Part shown: positions 61,335 through 61,627 of the stretch, piece by piece
How positions within the stretch are numbered: the first letter of the stretch is position 1
How the letters are laid out: each line of letters begins with the position of its first letter
Source: Bacteroidales bacterium
GTDB taxonomy: Bacteria > Bacteroidota > Bacteroidia > Bacteroidales > ML635J-15
Length of the DNA stretch: 61,627 bases
NCBI GenBank assembly: GCA_045112395.1
Contig: JBGUHW010000218.1
Location: forward strand, 1-61,627
Direction of reading: 5' to 3'
The notes under the pieces: model-generated
The model's database searches: none
What the model was told of the DNA's origin: nothing
Seen by the model: only the letters and a program-made list of their open reading frames with translations
Translations under genes and position numbers: made by a program

Positions 61335-61627
61335 TTACAAATTCAGGTAAATAATCTTTTTTGTCTCAAAGAATTCCTCATCAAAAAAGTCGGAAATATT
61401 CGTAACAGAATAGTTTTTCATACCTTTCAACTCATTGTCGAAATCACCGCCCTTGAGATAGATAATCGAATGCTCTGTAGACTTTGGATTCAGCACATTG
61501 CGTGTCATTTTTACGAAATCGGGGAAGGCAGTGACGGCACGGCTAACTATGCAATCGTACTTTGGCGGCAATAGTTCGGCACGAATCTTCATGGCTTCCA
61601 CATTTGCAAGTCCTAGGCTTTCCGATA
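61335..61627 (-). CDS. rsmG: 16S rRNA m7G527 methyltransferase, 3' part
   Basis: RAE...YDCIVSRAV, YLKGGD, FFETKKI. Confidence 0.9.
   Translation of the reverse strand, partial: SESLGLANVEAMKIRAELLPPKYDCIVSRAVTAFPDFVKMTRNVLNPKSTEHSIIYLKGGDFDNELKGMKNYSVTNISDFFDEEFFETKKIIYLNL

Overview
Chromosomal window from a Bacteroidota (Bacteroidales-like) genome, judged from TAnnTTTG -7 promoter boxes, the bamD-rpoZ-coaBC-DUF4835 order, PorZ and T9SS cargo. It is mostly housekeeping genes (coaBC, rpoZ, bamD, rsmE, lolD-like, riboflavin synthase, mgtE, sufBCD, pepD, rseP, rdgB, porZ, recO, acyl-CoA ligase, atpDC, tRNA-Leu, rsmG). Accessory content: an intact IS982 element inside the bamD promoter; a divergent TonB receptor/DUF4876/DUF6850 plus T9SS cargo/ABC/DUF4857 uptake locus; an AAA ATPase-nuclease gene between 37-bp direct repeats; and two large signal-peptide-bearing TPR-CHAT proteases. 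The most unusual signal is non-coding. Twelve intergenic regions hold arrays of five families of degenerate 7-8 bp repeats. Their orientation follows the edges of the spacer rather than transcription, and their nesting order is consistent. They carry GNA-triloop mini-hairpins and central REPs, and one family is fused at a fixed spacing to four promoters. All calls come from reading motifs by eye; no database searches were run.
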